DNA of 63,913 nt, counting the filler, from Basidiobolus ranarum (Eukaryota): NCBI GenBank assembly GCA_040143965.1. It is 3 parts of 3 records of this genome, joined end to end, with 100 filler letters (N's around TTAATTAATTAA, not from the genome) between each part and the next. Parts side by side here need not be neighbours in the genome. Positions count along the whole stretch, not along the records: positions 42,859 to 63,913 come from JASJQH010007089.1; 2 more parts are not named here. One strand, 5' to 3'. Under the pieces are notes generated by a model. The model had not been told where the DNA came from, did not search any database, and saw only the letters and a list, made by a program, of their open reading frames with translations. Below, piece after piece: positions 62,695-63,913 of this stretch (position 1 is the stretch's first letter; each line of letters starts with the position of its first letter). Both the position numbers and the translations under genes were made by a program.

Positions 62695-63553
62695 GTTTTG
62701 AGATGTCGTATCTTGCATATCATCTCAAAAGTTGTTTAATATAATCATTACCATTGATTTTTCTATTGGAGTTTGTAATCCTTTATGTTCAACCGCAATA
62801 TCCTTACAACTTAAGCTCATGTTAGTGATTAAATCGAACTTTCTTTTGAAAATAATTTCAAAACTTGTAACAGCCAATGAAAGTTTGCTCCTTCAATATT
62901 TTCCTTGTTGACATGAACGTACCAATAAATACAAACGTATACTGCTACAGAATAAATTGGTACTATTTAATGATATAATTGTTAGTAGATATCTATGTTT
63001 TTGAATACATCTGCAATTTGATAATTATCTATTTGTACTTCTTTAAATAAGTGAATACAGAAGTAAGGGTATGTACATTCCCTGCAAAAGGACACATGCA
63101 ATGCTTGATATTGTTGGAAGTGATTTTGAGAACTAGAAGAATTAGTGGTTTTTCCCTATGAAAAATGCAAGTTGAAATCCCAGAGAGAAATCAATTTGCA
63201 GCTCATCCAATTTATCACTTTACTGGATTGTCTATCTGTTATTGGCTAAAAATCTTTGTAAAAACTTCTCACTTGTATTGGGATGATCTTCACAGTGTAT
63301 AATAAAATACTTTGGTTTTTATTCATTATATTCTGACCAGATTTAGCCACTCTTCTATGTTACATTGAGTCATGGTGTGAAGAGTAATATCTCTCTTGTT
63401 ACATTGTATTAGCAGCTCAAAAAGAATCCACAATTTAATTGGCATACTCTCACTGAGATTTTTTTTGAAAGAGGAGGGAATCCTTCATAAATATGCCATT
63501 GCTGATTTAGTTCTGCTGACAGTTCTCTTCATTTGCTGTACTTGGTGTAAGGC

Positions 63554-63869
63554 TGTTGGAGGATCTTAACATAATGGGGTAGACTTTGAGTATTAGAAGC
63601 AACTTATGATAGTGTGTTTAAGTTACTTTATTCTTAAGAGTATATGGTGACTTATATAGTAGAAAAGTAAATCAATTGTTTGAGATATTCAGGAGTTTGT
63701 GTAATGAGATATAATAGATAAGTGGGGGTAACAAGACATACTTGTTGTATAGATATAGAGATATTCCTATTTAGAATATATGGGCTATAGATACGTTGCT
63801 TCTTGTTTCTGATATATGTATCATAACTAAAGTTAACTATGATGTTGAATAAAGATTAATTATCCAACA
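63554..63869 (-). mobile_element. Family B LTR, probably the 3' LTR of an element continuing beyond the window
   Basis: TGTTGGA...TCCAACA; no TSD (AAGGC/CCTTC); on the minus strand it is directly preceded by the purine tract AAGGGAAGG. Confidence 0.8.
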
Positions 63870-63913
63870 CCTTCCCTTAATTCTTATTCAGCATTGTGCT
63901 TATATTCACTAAT

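Overview
AT-rich eukaryotic DNA with many short (about 55-100 nt) spliceosomal introns. The proteins point to an early-diverging fungus (Zoopagomycota/Mucoromycota-like; this taxonomy is inference only). The window is three contigs joined by artificial 100-bp spacers (N44-TTAATTAATTAA-N44 at 21349-21448 and 42759-42858), so adjacency across those points carries no information. Conserved genes I could reconstruct: NAA10/ARD1, a GYP7-type Rab-GAP, a TRIC/TMEM38-like channel, calcineurin A, a DUF4211 protein, TMEM230, an NBP2/Skb5-type SH3 protein, an F-box protein, a HERP-like ERAD protein (partial), a P4-ATPase flippase, a TPS1-TPP fusion, GCV3, PET112/GatB and CCA1. Accessory, mostly intronless secreted genes: an M13 peptidase (partial), a BBE-like FAD oxidase, a double ricin-B lectin and a tandem pair of Cys-rich group-XII-sPLA2-like proteins whose catalytic His is replaced by Arg. 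Intergenic DNA holds two families of solo LTRs, including one nested inside the other with both target-site duplications visible. No rRNA, tRNA or CRISPR array was seen. Family calls come from motif recognition, not database searches.
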